A stretch of DNA of 64,000 bases from positions 15,986 to 79,985 of the forward strand of contig JASHPU010000014.1 of NCBI GenBank assembly GCA_030037885.1. Reading direction: 5' to 3'. Numbering within the stretch: the stretch's first letter is position 1; each line of letters begins with the position of its first letter. The notes beneath the pieces are model-generated. The model did no database searches and had not been told where the DNA came from. It saw nothing but the letters and a program-made list of their open reading frames with translations. Positions 38,108-47,435 of the stretch are shown piece by piece. Source of the stretch: Xanthobacteraceae bacterium (GTDB lineage Bacteria > Pseudomonadota > Alphaproteobacteria > Rhizobiales > Xanthobacteraceae). The translations under genes were made by a program, and so were the position numbers.

Positions 38108-39436
38108 ATGCGACCCGGCCACCTTTTGTGGCTGCTGGGCGCCGGCCTGCTCACGCTGGCCGGCGCCGGCCTTGCCGCTCAACCGCAAGGTTTGCCCGGC
38201 GAAAACCCGAATCCGATTCATCTCGTCCGCCCGCGCGTAGCGCCGTTGTCGGCAATGGCACAACTGGGCCGGCACATCTTCTACGACGCCAATCTTTCCT
38301 CTTCGGGCCGGCGATCCTGCGCCTCATGCCACAGCCCACAGCATGCCTATGGCCCGCCGAACGACGGGCCGATCATGCTGGGCGGCGCCAAGCTGTCAAG
38401 CCAGGGCGTGCGGGCGGTGCCGTCGCTTGAGTATCTCGAACGACAGCCGCCGTTCAGCATCGGCCCCGACAATCCAGAACTCGAAAATGTCAATCTCGCG
38501 CAGATGGCCGCGCTGGGCCAGACCGCGGCGCGTGCGCAAAAAATTGCGACATCCGCGCAAGCGACAGCCAATATCGTTCCGCAAGGCGGTCTGTTCTGGG
38601 ACGGCCGCGCCAATACGTTTCAGGATCAAGCCATCATGCCGTTGCTCGACGCGCGCGAAATGGACGGCGGCGATATTGCAACAGTGGTGGCGAAGTTGCG
38701 CCAGGCGTCCTATTCACAGTTCTTTGCCGAGCTATTTGGTCCGGGTGTATTCGACAATCCCAGGCTCATGATCGCGGAAGCGATGTTTGCGGTCGGGCGC
38801 TATCAGGTCGAAGAGCCGAGCTTCCACCCCTACACCAGCAAATACGATGACTGGCTCGAAGGCAAAACGCGCCTGAGCGCCGCCGAGATGCGCGGCTACA
38901 ACCTGTTCAACGATCCCAAGAAGGCCAATTGCGGCGGCTGCCATCTGGACCAGCCGAGCCGCGATGGTTTGCCGCCGCTGTTCACCGACCATCAGTATGA
39001 GGCGTTGGCCGGGCCGCGCAACGTCGCTCTCGCCGTCAATAAGGATCCGGATTATTTCGACCTCGGCATCTGCGGACCCATTCGCACCGACATGGCGACC
39101 CAGACGCAATATTGCGGCATGTTCCTGACCCCGACCTTGCGCAATGCCGCGACGCGGCGGGTGTTCTTCCACAACGGCGTATTCCAGACGCTGCAGCAGG
39201 TGCTCGACTTCTATAACTTCCGCGATACCGATCCGCAGAAGGTCTATCCGCGCGGACCAGATGGAACGGTGCGCAAGTACGATGACGTCCCGGCGCGGTT
39301 TGCGGCCAATATCGACGTGGCCGACCCGCCGTTCGATCGGCATTTCGGCGAGACGCCGGCGATGACCGCGCAGGACGAGAGTGATATCATTGCTTTCCTG
39401 CAGACGCTGACGGACGGATACAAGCCGGATCAGTAG
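38108..39436 (+). CDS. Diheme cytochrome c peroxidase / MauG-family protein
   Basis: Signal peptide, two haem motifs (CASCHSP, CGGCHLD), and CCP-like spacing. Confidence 0.8.
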   Translation: MRPGHLLWLLGAGLLTLAGAGLAAQPQGLPGENPNPIHLVRPRVAPLSAMAQLGRHIFYDANLSSSGRRSCASCHSPQHAYGPPNDGPIMLGGAKLSSQGVRAVPSLEYLERQPPFSIGPDNPELENVNLAQMAALGQTAARAQKIATSAQATANIVPQGGLFWDGRANTFQDQAIMPLLDAREMDGGDIATVVAKLRQASYSQFFAELFGPGVFDNPRLMIAEAMFAVGRYQVEEPSFHPYTSKYDDWLEGKTRLSAAEMRGYNLFNDPKKANCGGCHLDQPSRDGLPPLFTDHQYEALAGPRNVALAVNKDPDYFDLGICGPIRTDMATQTQYCGMFLTPTLRNAATRRVFFHNGVFQTLQQVLDFYNFRDTDPQKVYPRGPDGTVRKYDDVPARFAANIDVADPPFDRHFGETPAMTAQDESDIIAFLQTLTDGYKPDQ

Positions 39437-39623
39437 CGATCTCTCGGCTTGCCGCGGCCACGGCATCTTCCTTGCGCAGCAGGCTCGCGCCAATCCAGCC
39501 GACGCCGGCGCCCCCGTGGTCGTGCGGCATTTGCCTCCTCGTATCCCTTGAAACGATATTGTATGGCGAGTTCATAGACGTCGATAAGGGCGCCGGCTAC
39601 GTCCTTATCGACACCCCGGGAAC

Positions 39624-40640
39624 ATGGAAAGTTTCATGGCGAGCTTGCCGCGCATCGGCTTGATCCTTACCGGCGGGACGATCGATTCGGTCGGCACCGA
39701 CCGCCTGGATCTGGCTTGGTATAGCGAGGCCGACAAACGGCTCGGCGCCGGCGAGCTCCTCAAACAGCTTCCCGAACTCGCCAAAATCGCGGCCGTGGAG
39801 GAAATCCCGTTTCGCCGGTTGCCGAGCCAGGCGCTGGTCGATGCCGATTGGCTCGATCTGGTGCGCAAGATCCATGCGATTTTCGACCAGGATCAAGCCG
39901 ATGGGCTTGTGATCACGCACGGCACCAACACGCTGGAGGAGACCGCCTATTTCCTCAATCTGACACTGAAGACCGACAAACCGGTCGTGATCGTCGGCGC
40001 GATGCGACCCGCTTCGGCGGTGAGCGCCGACGGCTACCTCAACGTCATCAATGCGGTCCGCGTCGCGGCCGACCCGCAGTCGTGCGGCCGCGGCTGCCTG
40101 GTGGTCATGAACGACACCATTTTCAATGCGCGCGACGCGACCAAGAACGCGACCTATCGGGTGCAAGCGTTCGTATCGCGCGACCTCGGCCCGCTGGGCT
40201 ACGCCGACGCCGACGGCAAGGTGATCTACTATCACCAGACGACGAAACGGCACACCACGCAGACCGAATTCGACGTGCGCGGCCTGCAATCGCTGCCGCG
40301 CGTCGACATCGTGCTCTCCTACGCCAACGCCGACGGCATCATGATCGAAGCGGCGGCGAAAGCCGGCGCCAAAGCCATCGTCAGCGCCGCGACCGGCGCC
40401 GGCCGCCCGACGCCGGCGCAGGACGAGGCCTTCGATCGCATCTACCGCGAGCACGGCACGATCATGTGCCTGTGCAGCCGGATCGGCTCCGGCCGCGTGG
40501 TGCGCAGCCCGGGCCTGCAACGCCGCGGCTTCGTCGCCGGCGACAATCTGCCGCCCTGGAAGGCCCGCATTCTGCTGTCGCTCGCTTTGTCCAAGACCAA
40601 CAACGCCGATGACATCCAGCGGATGTTCGACACATATTAG
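39624..40640 (+). CDS. L-asparaginase (type II-like)
   Basis: LTGGTIDS and ITHGTNTLEETAYFL active-site motifs. Confidence 0.85.
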   Translation: MESFMASLPRIGLILTGGTIDSVGTDRLDLAWYSEADKRLGAGELLKQLPELAKIAAVEEIPFRRLPSQALVDADWLDLVRKIHAIFDQDQADGLVITHGTNTLEETAYFLNLTLKTDKPVVIVGAMRPASAVSADGYLNVINAVRVAADPQSCGRGCLVVMNDTIFNARDATKNATYRVQAFVSRDLGPLGYADADGKVIYYHQTTKRHTTQTEFDVRGLQSLPRVDIVLSYANADGIMIEAAAKAGAKAIVSAATGAGRPTPAQDEAFDRIYREHGTIMCLCSRIGSGRVVRSPGLQRRGFVAGDNLPPWKARILLSLALSKTNNADDIQRMFDTY

Positions 40641-40692
40641 TTTGCTGCAGCGTCGCGTGGCGGCGTCCCGTTAGCCGAAGAGGACGTGCATC

Positions 40693-42066
40693 ATGAAAGC
40701 AGATCTGGTTGTGAAGGGCGGCACGATCGTCACGCCTGACGCCACGCTCAAGGGCGGCGTCGCGATTGCCGACGGCCAAATCGTCGATATCGGTCTCGAT
40801 GACACCCTGCCGGAGGGCAAGCAGGTGATCGACGCCAGCGGGCTGCACGTGCTGCCCGGCCTGATCGATGCGCATGTGCACTTCCGCGATCCCGGCGTGA
40901 CGCACAAAGAGGATTTCTCCACCGGCTCGACCGCGGCGGTCTGCGGCGGCATCACCACCGTCATCGACATGCCGAACCAAATTCCGCCGACCGAAAATGC
41001 CGAACAGGTCGACGTCAAGCGGCGGATTGCCGAATCGAAATCGCTGTGCGACTTCGCCGTTCTGGGCGTCGTGCACCAGACCAACGCCGACGACATTCTG
41101 CCGATGGCGAAACGCGGCGTGATCGGCTACAAAATCTTCTTCGGCGAGACCATCGGCAATCTGCCGTTTCCCGACGACGGCATGTGCCAGATCGTATTCC
41201 CGAACATCACCCAATCGGGTGTTCCGCTGTGCGTTCATGCCGAGAACCGGCAGATCCAGCATTTCTGGACCAACAAGCTCAAGGCCGAGGGCAAGAACGC
41301 CCCGGTCTATTGGGAATCGTCGCGGCCGTGGCTGTGCGAGGCGGCATCGATCGCGCATGTCATGTTCATGGCCGAGACCTTCGGCACCAAGCTGCACATC
41401 GTGCATGCCTCGACCAGGCAGGCGGTGGAAATGCTGCGCGCCGCCAAGGCCCGCGGCTTGCGCTTCACCGGCGAGACGCAGCCGCACTATTTGCTGCGGG
41501 TCGACACCGACATGAAGGATGTCGGCCCGCTCCTGAAGATGAATCCACCGGTGCGTTCCAAAGAGCATCAGGACGCGCTGTGGGCCGGCCTGCTTGACGG
41601 CGCGATCGACATGATTGCCACCGACCACTCGCCGCACACGCTCGAGGAGAAAGGTTGCGACATCAACGGCAAGATGACCAAATCCGCGATCTGGGACTGC
41701 ATCTCCGGCTTCTGCGGCGTTGAAACCAACGTTCCGCTGCTGCTCACGCAGGTCAACAAGGGACGGATGAGCCTGAACCATTACGCCAAGGTGCAGAGCG
41801 AGAACGTCGCCAGGGTCTGGCAGATGTATCCGAAAAAAGGCGCCATCCGGCTCGGCTCGGACGGCGACCTGACCATCGTCGACATGAACAAGGAAGCGAC
41901 GATCGATCCCAACAAGCTGCACAGCAAGAACCATGCGACGCCGTGGGGCGGCTGGAAGGTCAGGGGCCTGCCGGTCTACACCATCGTGCGCGGCAATATC
42001 CAGATGAAAGACGGCGAGCCGGTCGGCAAGGTGATCGGGCAAATGCAATTGCCGATACCGAACTGA
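40693..42066 (+). CDS. Cyclic amidohydrolase (dihydroorotase/allantoinase/hydantoinase family)
   Basis: LPGLIDAHVHFRDPG metal-binding motif and an amidohydrolase TIM-barrel pattern (ATDHSPH). Confidence 0.8.
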   Translation: MKADLVVKGGTIVTPDATLKGGVAIADGQIVDIGLDDTLPEGKQVIDASGLHVLPGLIDAHVHFRDPGVTHKEDFSTGSTAAVCGGITTVIDMPNQIPPTENAEQVDVKRRIAESKSLCDFAVLGVVHQTNADDILPMAKRGVIGYKIFFGETIGNLPFPDDGMCQIVFPNITQSGVPLCVHAENRQIQHFWTNKLKAEGKNAPVYWESSRPWLCEAASIAHVMFMAETFGTKLHIVHASTRQAVEMLRAAKARGLRFTGETQPHYLLRVDTDMKDVGPLLKMNPPVRSKEHQDALWAGLLDGAIDMIATDHSPHTLEEKGCDINGKMTKSAIWDCISGFCGVETNVPLLLTQVNKGRMSLNHYAKVQSENVARVWQMYPKKGAIRLGSDGDLTIVDMNKEATIDPNKLHSKNHATPWGGWKVRGLPVYTIVRGNIQMKDGEPVGKVIGQMQLPIPN

Positions 42067-42127
42067 CGCGGCGCAGCGCGCAGGCCGGCTGGCCGGATGA
42101 GCAAGGCATAGCCATATTACGCTTGCC

Positions 42128-43462
42128 ATGGCCGACGCTACGTCCACGAAAAAAGCATCCGTGATCATCGTCACGGGTTTTCTCGGTGCGGGCAAAACCA
42201 CGCTGCTCAATCGCATATTGACCGCCGACCACGGCCGCCGCATCGCCGTCGTGGTCAACGAATTCGGCGCGGTCGGCATCGATCATCATCTGTTGATCTC
42301 GTCCGACCAGCAGGTCGTCCAGATGAACAACGGCTGCATCTGCTGCACCGTGCGCGGCGATCTCGTTCGCAGCTTCTTCGAGCTCGCCGGGCACCGCGGC
42401 CAGTTCGACACCGTCATCATCGAGACCACCGGTCTCGCAGAACCGGGCCCGGTGGCGCAGACGCTCTACGCCGACGAGCGCATCCGCAGCGCATTCAGGC
42501 TCGACGGCGTCATCACCGTCGTCGATGCCAAGCACATCGCGGCGCAGCTCGAAGAATCCGTCGAAGCCAGCGAGCAGATCGCCTTCGCCGATCTGGTTGT
42601 GCTCAACAAGACGGATCTGGCGACGACCGAAGAACTGGACCGCATCGAGCGGCAAATCGGCCGGCTGAACAAGATCGCCAAAATATGCCGGACAAAAAAT
42701 TCCGAGTTCGACCTCGACACCGTGTTCACGTTGCAAAGCGCCGATCTCGAGCAGCGGCTCGGCCCTGTCGTCGCTCCCGACCACGACGAGCATGATCACG
42801 ACCATGAGCATGGTCATGGCGACGGTCACGGCCATCACGCCCATCATAATCATCTGAGCGACATCATGACTGTCTGCATCGTCGAGCCCGGCGAACTCGA
42901 CGGCATGAAGCTGAGCGTCTGGTTTCGTTCGCAGATCGCCGCGTTCGGGTCGAACCTTCTGCGCATGAAAGGCATTCTCAATCTGCGCGGCGACCCCGAT
43001 CAATTTTTGTTCCAAGGCGTCCGCATGGAGTTTGAAGGTCGGCCGGGCCGGGCCTGGAGTGCCGGTGAAGACCGCCTCAACCGGCTGGTCTTCATCGGGC
43101 GCAGGCTCGATGGCGACGCGATTGCGCAAGGATTTAGGAGCTGTTTGTCGACCCGCGCAAACGGTAACGGCGCGGCCGCGACGCGGCCCGATCCGTTTGG
43201 CCGCGAACTGTTGGAAATATCGCCGCAGACGCTTGAGCAAATCCGATACTGGATGCGGCAAAATTTCGGTTATGCAAAAGAAATACCGATCGTCGTCAAG
43301 GAGGTGCCTTGCGTCAAAGCCAAATGCCCGCCGATCGAAACCGCAATCATCGCGATTCTCAAAAACGAACCGCCGCGCAACTTCAAGATTCAGCGCCCGA
43401 TCAACGAAATCACGTTCGATAACGTTTACGATCTGATCGAAAACCCGATGCCGTGCTGCTGA
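42128..43462 (+). CDS. COG0523 (CobW/YjiA-type) metallochaperone GTPase with a His-rich linker and an extra Cys-bearing C-terminal extension
   Basis: Walker A GFLGAGKTT, CxCC motif (GCICCT), His tract HDEHDHDHEHGHGDGHGHHAHHNH, a CobW_C-like region, then about 110 further residues ending ...VPCVKAKCPP...NPMPCC. Confidence 0.85.
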   Translation: MADATSTKKASVIIVTGFLGAGKTTLLNRILTADHGRRIAVVVNEFGAVGIDHHLLISSDQQVVQMNNGCICCTVRGDLVRSFFELAGHRGQFDTVIIETTGLAEPGPVAQTLYADERIRSAFRLDGVITVVDAKHIAAQLEESVEASEQIAFADLVVLNKTDLATTEELDRIERQIGRLNKIAKICRTKNSEFDLDTVFTLQSADLEQRLGPVVAPDHDEHDHDHEHGHGDGHGHHAHHNHLSDIMTVCIVEPGELDGMKLSVWFRSQIAAFGSNLLRMKGILNLRGDPDQFLFQGVRMEFEGRPGRAWSAGEDRLNRLVFIGRRLDGDAIAQGFRSCLSTRANGNGAAATRPDPFGRELLEISPQTLEQIRYWMRQNFGYAKEIPIVVKEVPCVKAKCPPIETAIIAILKNEPPRNFKIQRPINEITFDNVYDLIENPMPCC

Positions 43463-43577
43463 GCTTCATCGGGTCCGGGATGACAATTGCGCCAGGGCCG
43501 GTCTCAACAAGATTCGCGATCGGCTGAAATGAAATCGAGCGCGGCAGTAACGCGCGGACTGGCGCACCCGCCGGCGT

Positions 43578-45230
43578 TCAGGACGTGCCCGACCGGGAGC
43601 TTGGCAACAGCGTCCCGCTTGCCGCAGCGCCGAGCGCCAGCGCGGCGGCGAGCGCCATGATGTCCTCGATACTCTGAGCGAGCGACGTGGTAACGATGCG
43701 GTGCGCTTGCACCTGATCGCCGCCATAGTCCGCGCTGCCGATTGACGCCGCCGCGAATTTGCCGCGCGCGGCAGTGACGGCCTGCGTGAGCGCTGCCGAG
43801 CCCGAAGAACTCTGCGCCAGCGCCCGGTCCAGCGCTCGATCATAGAGTCCCAGCGCCACCGCGCCGAAGATGGCGACGGCGAGCAGGCTGGCCAGCGCCG
43901 CCACGGCATTATTGACGCCGGACGCAACGCCGGTCTTGTCGGCAGGTACCGCGTTGATCACGGTCGTCGTCAGCGGCGCGACACTGACGGCCATGCCGAG
44001 GCCGAGCACGGCGAGCGACACGAGAAAAGTCCAATACGCACCGTTACGCACGATGATAGCCAACAGACCGAAGCCGAGCGCCGTGATGGCCGGTCCGACG
44101 ACCAGAGGCAGCCGGGCGCCGAGCCGATCGACCAAGCCGCCCGACCAGCGCGACAATAACGCCATGATGATGGTGAACGGCAGAAACGCGGTACCCGCCA
44201 GCAGCGCCGCATAGCCGTGAACCTGGACGAGCGCGAACGGCAGAAAGAAGAACGCGGCGGCGAGCGCGGCGTAGAGCAGCAGCGTCAGCAGATTGACCGC
44301 CGAAAAGGTGCGTGAGCGGAACAGACCGAGCGGCAGCATCGGCGCCGCGTTGCGGCGTTCTACCCAAAGAAAAACGCCAAGCAACACGACGCCGCACACG
44401 AGCGGCACCAGCGCCCGAGTGTCGGTCCAACCAAAATCCGGCGCCGCGATCAGGCCGAAACAAACGCCGGCCAATCCGCTCAACGCCAAAAGACCGCCGC
44501 GCCAGTCCAATCGACCTGTCGCAAGAGGGTCGACGCTTTCCGGGACGTGTGCGGCGGCGATCCAAATGGTCGGCAGCGCGAGCAGCGGGTTAATCAGAAA
44601 AATCCAGCGCCAGCCGAAATGATCGACGATGAAGCCGCCCAGGATCGGCCCGACCGCAGCGGCAATGGCGGAAAAGCCGGCCCAGGTGCCGATCGCCCGG
44701 CCGCGTTCGGCTTCGTCGAACGCGGCGCCGATCAGCGCCAGCGCGCACGGAATGAGCAGCGCCGCGCCGAAACCCTGAATGGCGCGCGCCAGGATCAGGA
44801 TGGCGACGTTCGGCGCCAGCCCGCAGGCGAGCGATGCCACCGCAAAGATGCTGACGCCGGTGATGAACATTTTGCGGCGGCCGAAGCGGTCGGCAGCGGC
44901 GCCGCCGATCAAGAGCAGCGCCGCAAGGCAAAGCGTGTAGGCATTGACCAGCCATTGCACGACGGCCGCAGCAGCAGCCAGATCTCTTTCGATCGCCGGC
45001 AGCGCGATGTTGACGACGGACTCATCCACATAGGCGATGGTCGAAGCCAGGATCGTGGCAACGAGCACCCACGATTTCGTGCTGACGGCGCACGGCGCCG
45101 CGGCGATCGACCTGATTGCGCCTTCATCGCAAGGCGCGGCTTTGGGATTGATCACCAGCCGCCTCCCGGTCGCCTTGTAGAGTGGGCTGAGCGCAGCGAA
45201 GCCCACGCGGTCGACGATTCTTGCCGTCAA
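43578..45230 (-). CDS. MFS transporter, DHA2 (EmrB/QacA-like, 14-TM) family
   Basis: 14 predicted TM segments and a DHA2-type motif (LPAIERDL...GAAADRFGRRKMF). The start may be further downstream. Confidence 0.8.
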   Translation of the reverse strand: MTARIVDRVGFAALSPLYKATGRRLVINPKAAPCDEGAIRSIAAAPCAVSTKSWVLVATILASTIAYVDESVVNIALPAIERDLAAAAAVVQWLVNAYTLCLAALLLIGGAAADRFGRRKMFITGVSIFAVASLACGLAPNVAILILARAIQGFGAALLIPCALALIGAAFDEAERGRAIGTWAGFSAIAAAVGPILGGFIVDHFGWRWIFLINPLLALPTIWIAAAHVPESVDPLATGRLDWRGGLLALSGLAGVCFGLIAAPDFGWTDTRALVPLVCGVVLLGVFLWVERRNAAPMLPLGLFRSRTFSAVNLLTLLLYAALAAAFFFLPFALVQVHGYAALLAGTAFLPFTIIMALLSRWSGGLVDRLGARLPLVVGPAITALGFGLLAIIVRNGAYWTFLVSLAVLGLGMAVSVAPLTTTVINAVPADKTGVASGVNNAVAALASLLAVAIFGAVALGLYDRALDRALAQSSSGSAALTQAVTAARGKFAAASIGSADYGGDQVQAHRIVTTSLAQSIEDIMALAAALALGAAASGTLLPSSRSGTS

Positions 45231-45278
45231 CGGTGGGCACGGCGCTGCGCGCCTTTGCCCACCCCACGGTTAACTGGC

Positions 45279-45701
45279 TCACACCAGCTTGGCGTCGAGC
45301 GTGATTTCGGCCTTAAGCACCTTGGAAACCGGGCAATTCTTTTCGGCGCCGCCGGCGAGTTCGGCGAACTTGGCCTGATCCAGATTGGGCACGCTCCCCC
45401 GCAGCGTCAGCGCCGAGCGGCTGATGCGGAAGCCTTGACCTTCGGGTTCGAGCGTCACCGCCGCCTCGGTGCTCAGTTCGGTCGGCGTGTAACCGGCGGC
45501 TTGCAGCCCGAAGGCGAGCGCCATGGTAAAGCAGCCGGCATGCGCCGCCGCGATCAATTCCTCCGGGTTGGTGCCTTTTTCGTTCTCGAAACGCGTCTTG
45601 AAGGAATAAGGCGTGTCGGCCAGCACGCCGGAATCGGTGGAGAGATGGCCGTTACCGGCCCGGCCGGTGCCGCGCCACACTGCCTTTGCCTTGCGTATCA
45701 T
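45279..45701 (-). CDS. osmC: OsmC-family peroxiredoxin
   Basis: 140 aa with the conserved Cys pair (AHAGCFTMA ... KNCPVSK). Confidence 0.85.
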   Translation of the reverse strand: MIRKAKAVWRGTGRAGNGHLSTDSGVLADTPYSFKTRFENEKGTNPEELIAAAHAGCFTMALAFGLQAAGYTPTELSTEAAVTLEPEGQGFRISRSALTLRGSVPNLDQAKFAELAGGAEKNCPVSKVLKAEITLDAKLV

Positions 45702-45975
45702 GATGACCTCCTTTGTACTGACTGATGTGAACGTATTTTACCTCGCCTGAGCGTCGCAGCGACGACAACCTTTCTGCTCGCTTCACGACCTTCAATGCCC
45801 TGACGCCCGGGATGTTCGACCAAGACAGCCGGCCCCGTTTCGCTTTGCCTCCGTAGCGCTCGCTCGCCGCTTAAGACCTGCCCGAAAAATAGGCGGACGG
45901 CTGCTGAAAAATCAGCCGGTATTGGCGTGGATTAACATTCGTGATGCGAGTCAGTGCCTTAGACGCCAGGGAAAC

Positions 45976-45991
45976 TGGCACGCGCTTTGCG
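45976..45991 (+). promoter_or_regulatory. Sigma-54 (-24/-12) promoter TGGCAC-GCGCT-TTGCGA upstream of urtA
   Basis: Exact GG-N10-GC spacing and a near-consensus TGGCAC-N5-TTGC. Lies 55 nt upstream of the urtA ATG. Confidence 0.7.
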
Positions 45992-46045
45992 ACCCGACCG
46001 GCAGGGAGGGCGCCTTTGCGCTCTCCGACAGACGGAGGCTTATCC

Positions 46046-47362
46046 ATGTCCCACACTCCTCTATCAAAGATTCAGCTCAATCGGCGCCGGTTGCTCGCTT
46101 CCGCGACCGGGCTTGCCGCCGGGCTCATGGCGCCTCGGCTGGCCGTGGCGGCCGATACGATCAAGGTCGGCATTCTGCACTCTCTCTCCGGCACGATGGC
46201 GATCAGCGAGACCACGCTCAAGGACGTCATGCTGATGCTGATTGCCGAGCAGAACAAGCAGGGTGGCTTGCTCGGCAAGAAGCTCGAGCCTGTCGTGGTC
46301 GACCCGGCCTCGAACTGGCCGCTGTTCGCCGAGAAGGCACGCGAGCTGATCAGCCAGGATAAGGTCGCCGCGGTGTTCGGCTGCTGGACCTCGGTGTCGC
46401 GCAAATCGGTGCTGCCGGTGTTCAAGGAGCTCGACAATATCCTGTTCTATCCGGTGCAATACGAAGGCGAGGAGAGCCAGCGCAACGTGTTCTACACCGG
46501 CGCCGCGCCGAACCAGCAGGCGATACCGGCGGTCGATTATCTGGCCAGCAAGGACGGCGGCTCGGTCAAGCGCTGGGTGCTGGAAGGCACCGACTACGTC
46601 TATCCGCGCACCACCAACAAGATTCTCGAAGCGTACCTGAAGAACGAGCTCAAGGTGGCGCCCGAAGACATTTTGATCAACTACACGCCGTTCGGCTTCT
46701 CCGACTGGCAGACCGAAGTGTCGCGCATCAAGGCGTTCGGCTCGGCCGGCAAGAAGACCGCGGTGGTCTCGACCATCAACGGCGACGCCAACGTGCCGTT
46801 CTACAAGGAGCTCGGCAACCAGGGCATCAAGGCGACCGACATTCCGGTCGTGGCATTCTCGGTCGGCGAAGAAGAGTTGGCCGGCCTCGACACCAAGCCG
46901 CTGGTCGGGCATTTGGCCGCCTGGAACTATTTCGAGTCGATCAAGACGCCCGCCAACCTCGCCTTCATCAAGAAGTGGCACGCGTTCATCGGCAATCCGA
47001 AGCGCACGACGAACGATCCGATGGAGGCGCACTACATCGGCTTCCACATGTGGGTGAAGGCGGTGGAGAAGGTCGGCTCGACCGATGCCGACAAGGTCAT
47101 TGCCGCGTTGCCCGGGACGCAGACGCCGAACCTGACCGGCGGCACGGCGACCATGCTGGCGAACCATCACATCACCAAGCCGGTCTATATCGGCGAGATC
47201 AGGCCGGACGGCCAGTTCGACGTGGTGTGGAAGACCAAGGAGCTGGTGCCGGGCGCGGCGTGGTCGCCTTACCTGCCCGGGTCGAAGGATCTGGTCGCCG
47301 ACTGGGTGAAGCTCAACTGCGGCAACTACAACACCGTCACCAAGACCTGCGGCGGTTCGTAA
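46046..47362 (+). CDS. urtA: Urea ABC transporter substrate-binding protein
   Basis: Tat/Sec-like signal (RRRLLASATGLAAG), then TIKVGILHSLSGTMAISE, typical of UrtA. GGAGG RBS upstream. Confidence 0.9.
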   Translation: MSHTPLSKIQLNRRRLLASATGLAAGLMAPRLAVAADTIKVGILHSLSGTMAISETTLKDVMLMLIAEQNKQGGLLGKKLEPVVVDPASNWPLFAEKARELISQDKVAAVFGCWTSVSRKSVLPVFKELDNILFYPVQYEGEESQRNVFYTGAAPNQQAIPAVDYLASKDGGSVKRWVLEGTDYVYPRTTNKILEAYLKNELKVAPEDILINYTPFGFSDWQTEVSRIKAFGSAGKKTAVVSTINGDANVPFYKELGNQGIKATDIPVVAFSVGEEELAGLDTKPLVGHLAAWNYFESIKTPANLAFIKKWHAFIGNPKRTTNDPMEAHYIGFHMWVKAVEKVGSTDADKVIAALPGTQTPNLTGGTATMLANHHITKPVYIGEIRPDGQFDVVWKTKELVPGAAWSPYLPGSKDLVADWVKLNCGNYNTVTKTCGGS

Positions 47363-47406
47363 GCGCCGTCGCCAAGCCGAACTATACAAGCCGAACGACA
47401 AGAGTG

Positions 47407-47432
47407 CGGGAAGGCGCGCGTTCGCCTTCCCG
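47407..47432 (+). other. Intercistronic stem-loop (10-bp perfect stem CGGGAAGGCG / CGCCTTCCCG, 6-nt loop) between urtA and urtB
   Basis: Read directly from the sequence. It is followed 13 nt later by a T5 run. It could be an attenuator or an mRNA-stabilising hairpin. Confidence 0.5.
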
Positions 47433-47435
47433 GGA

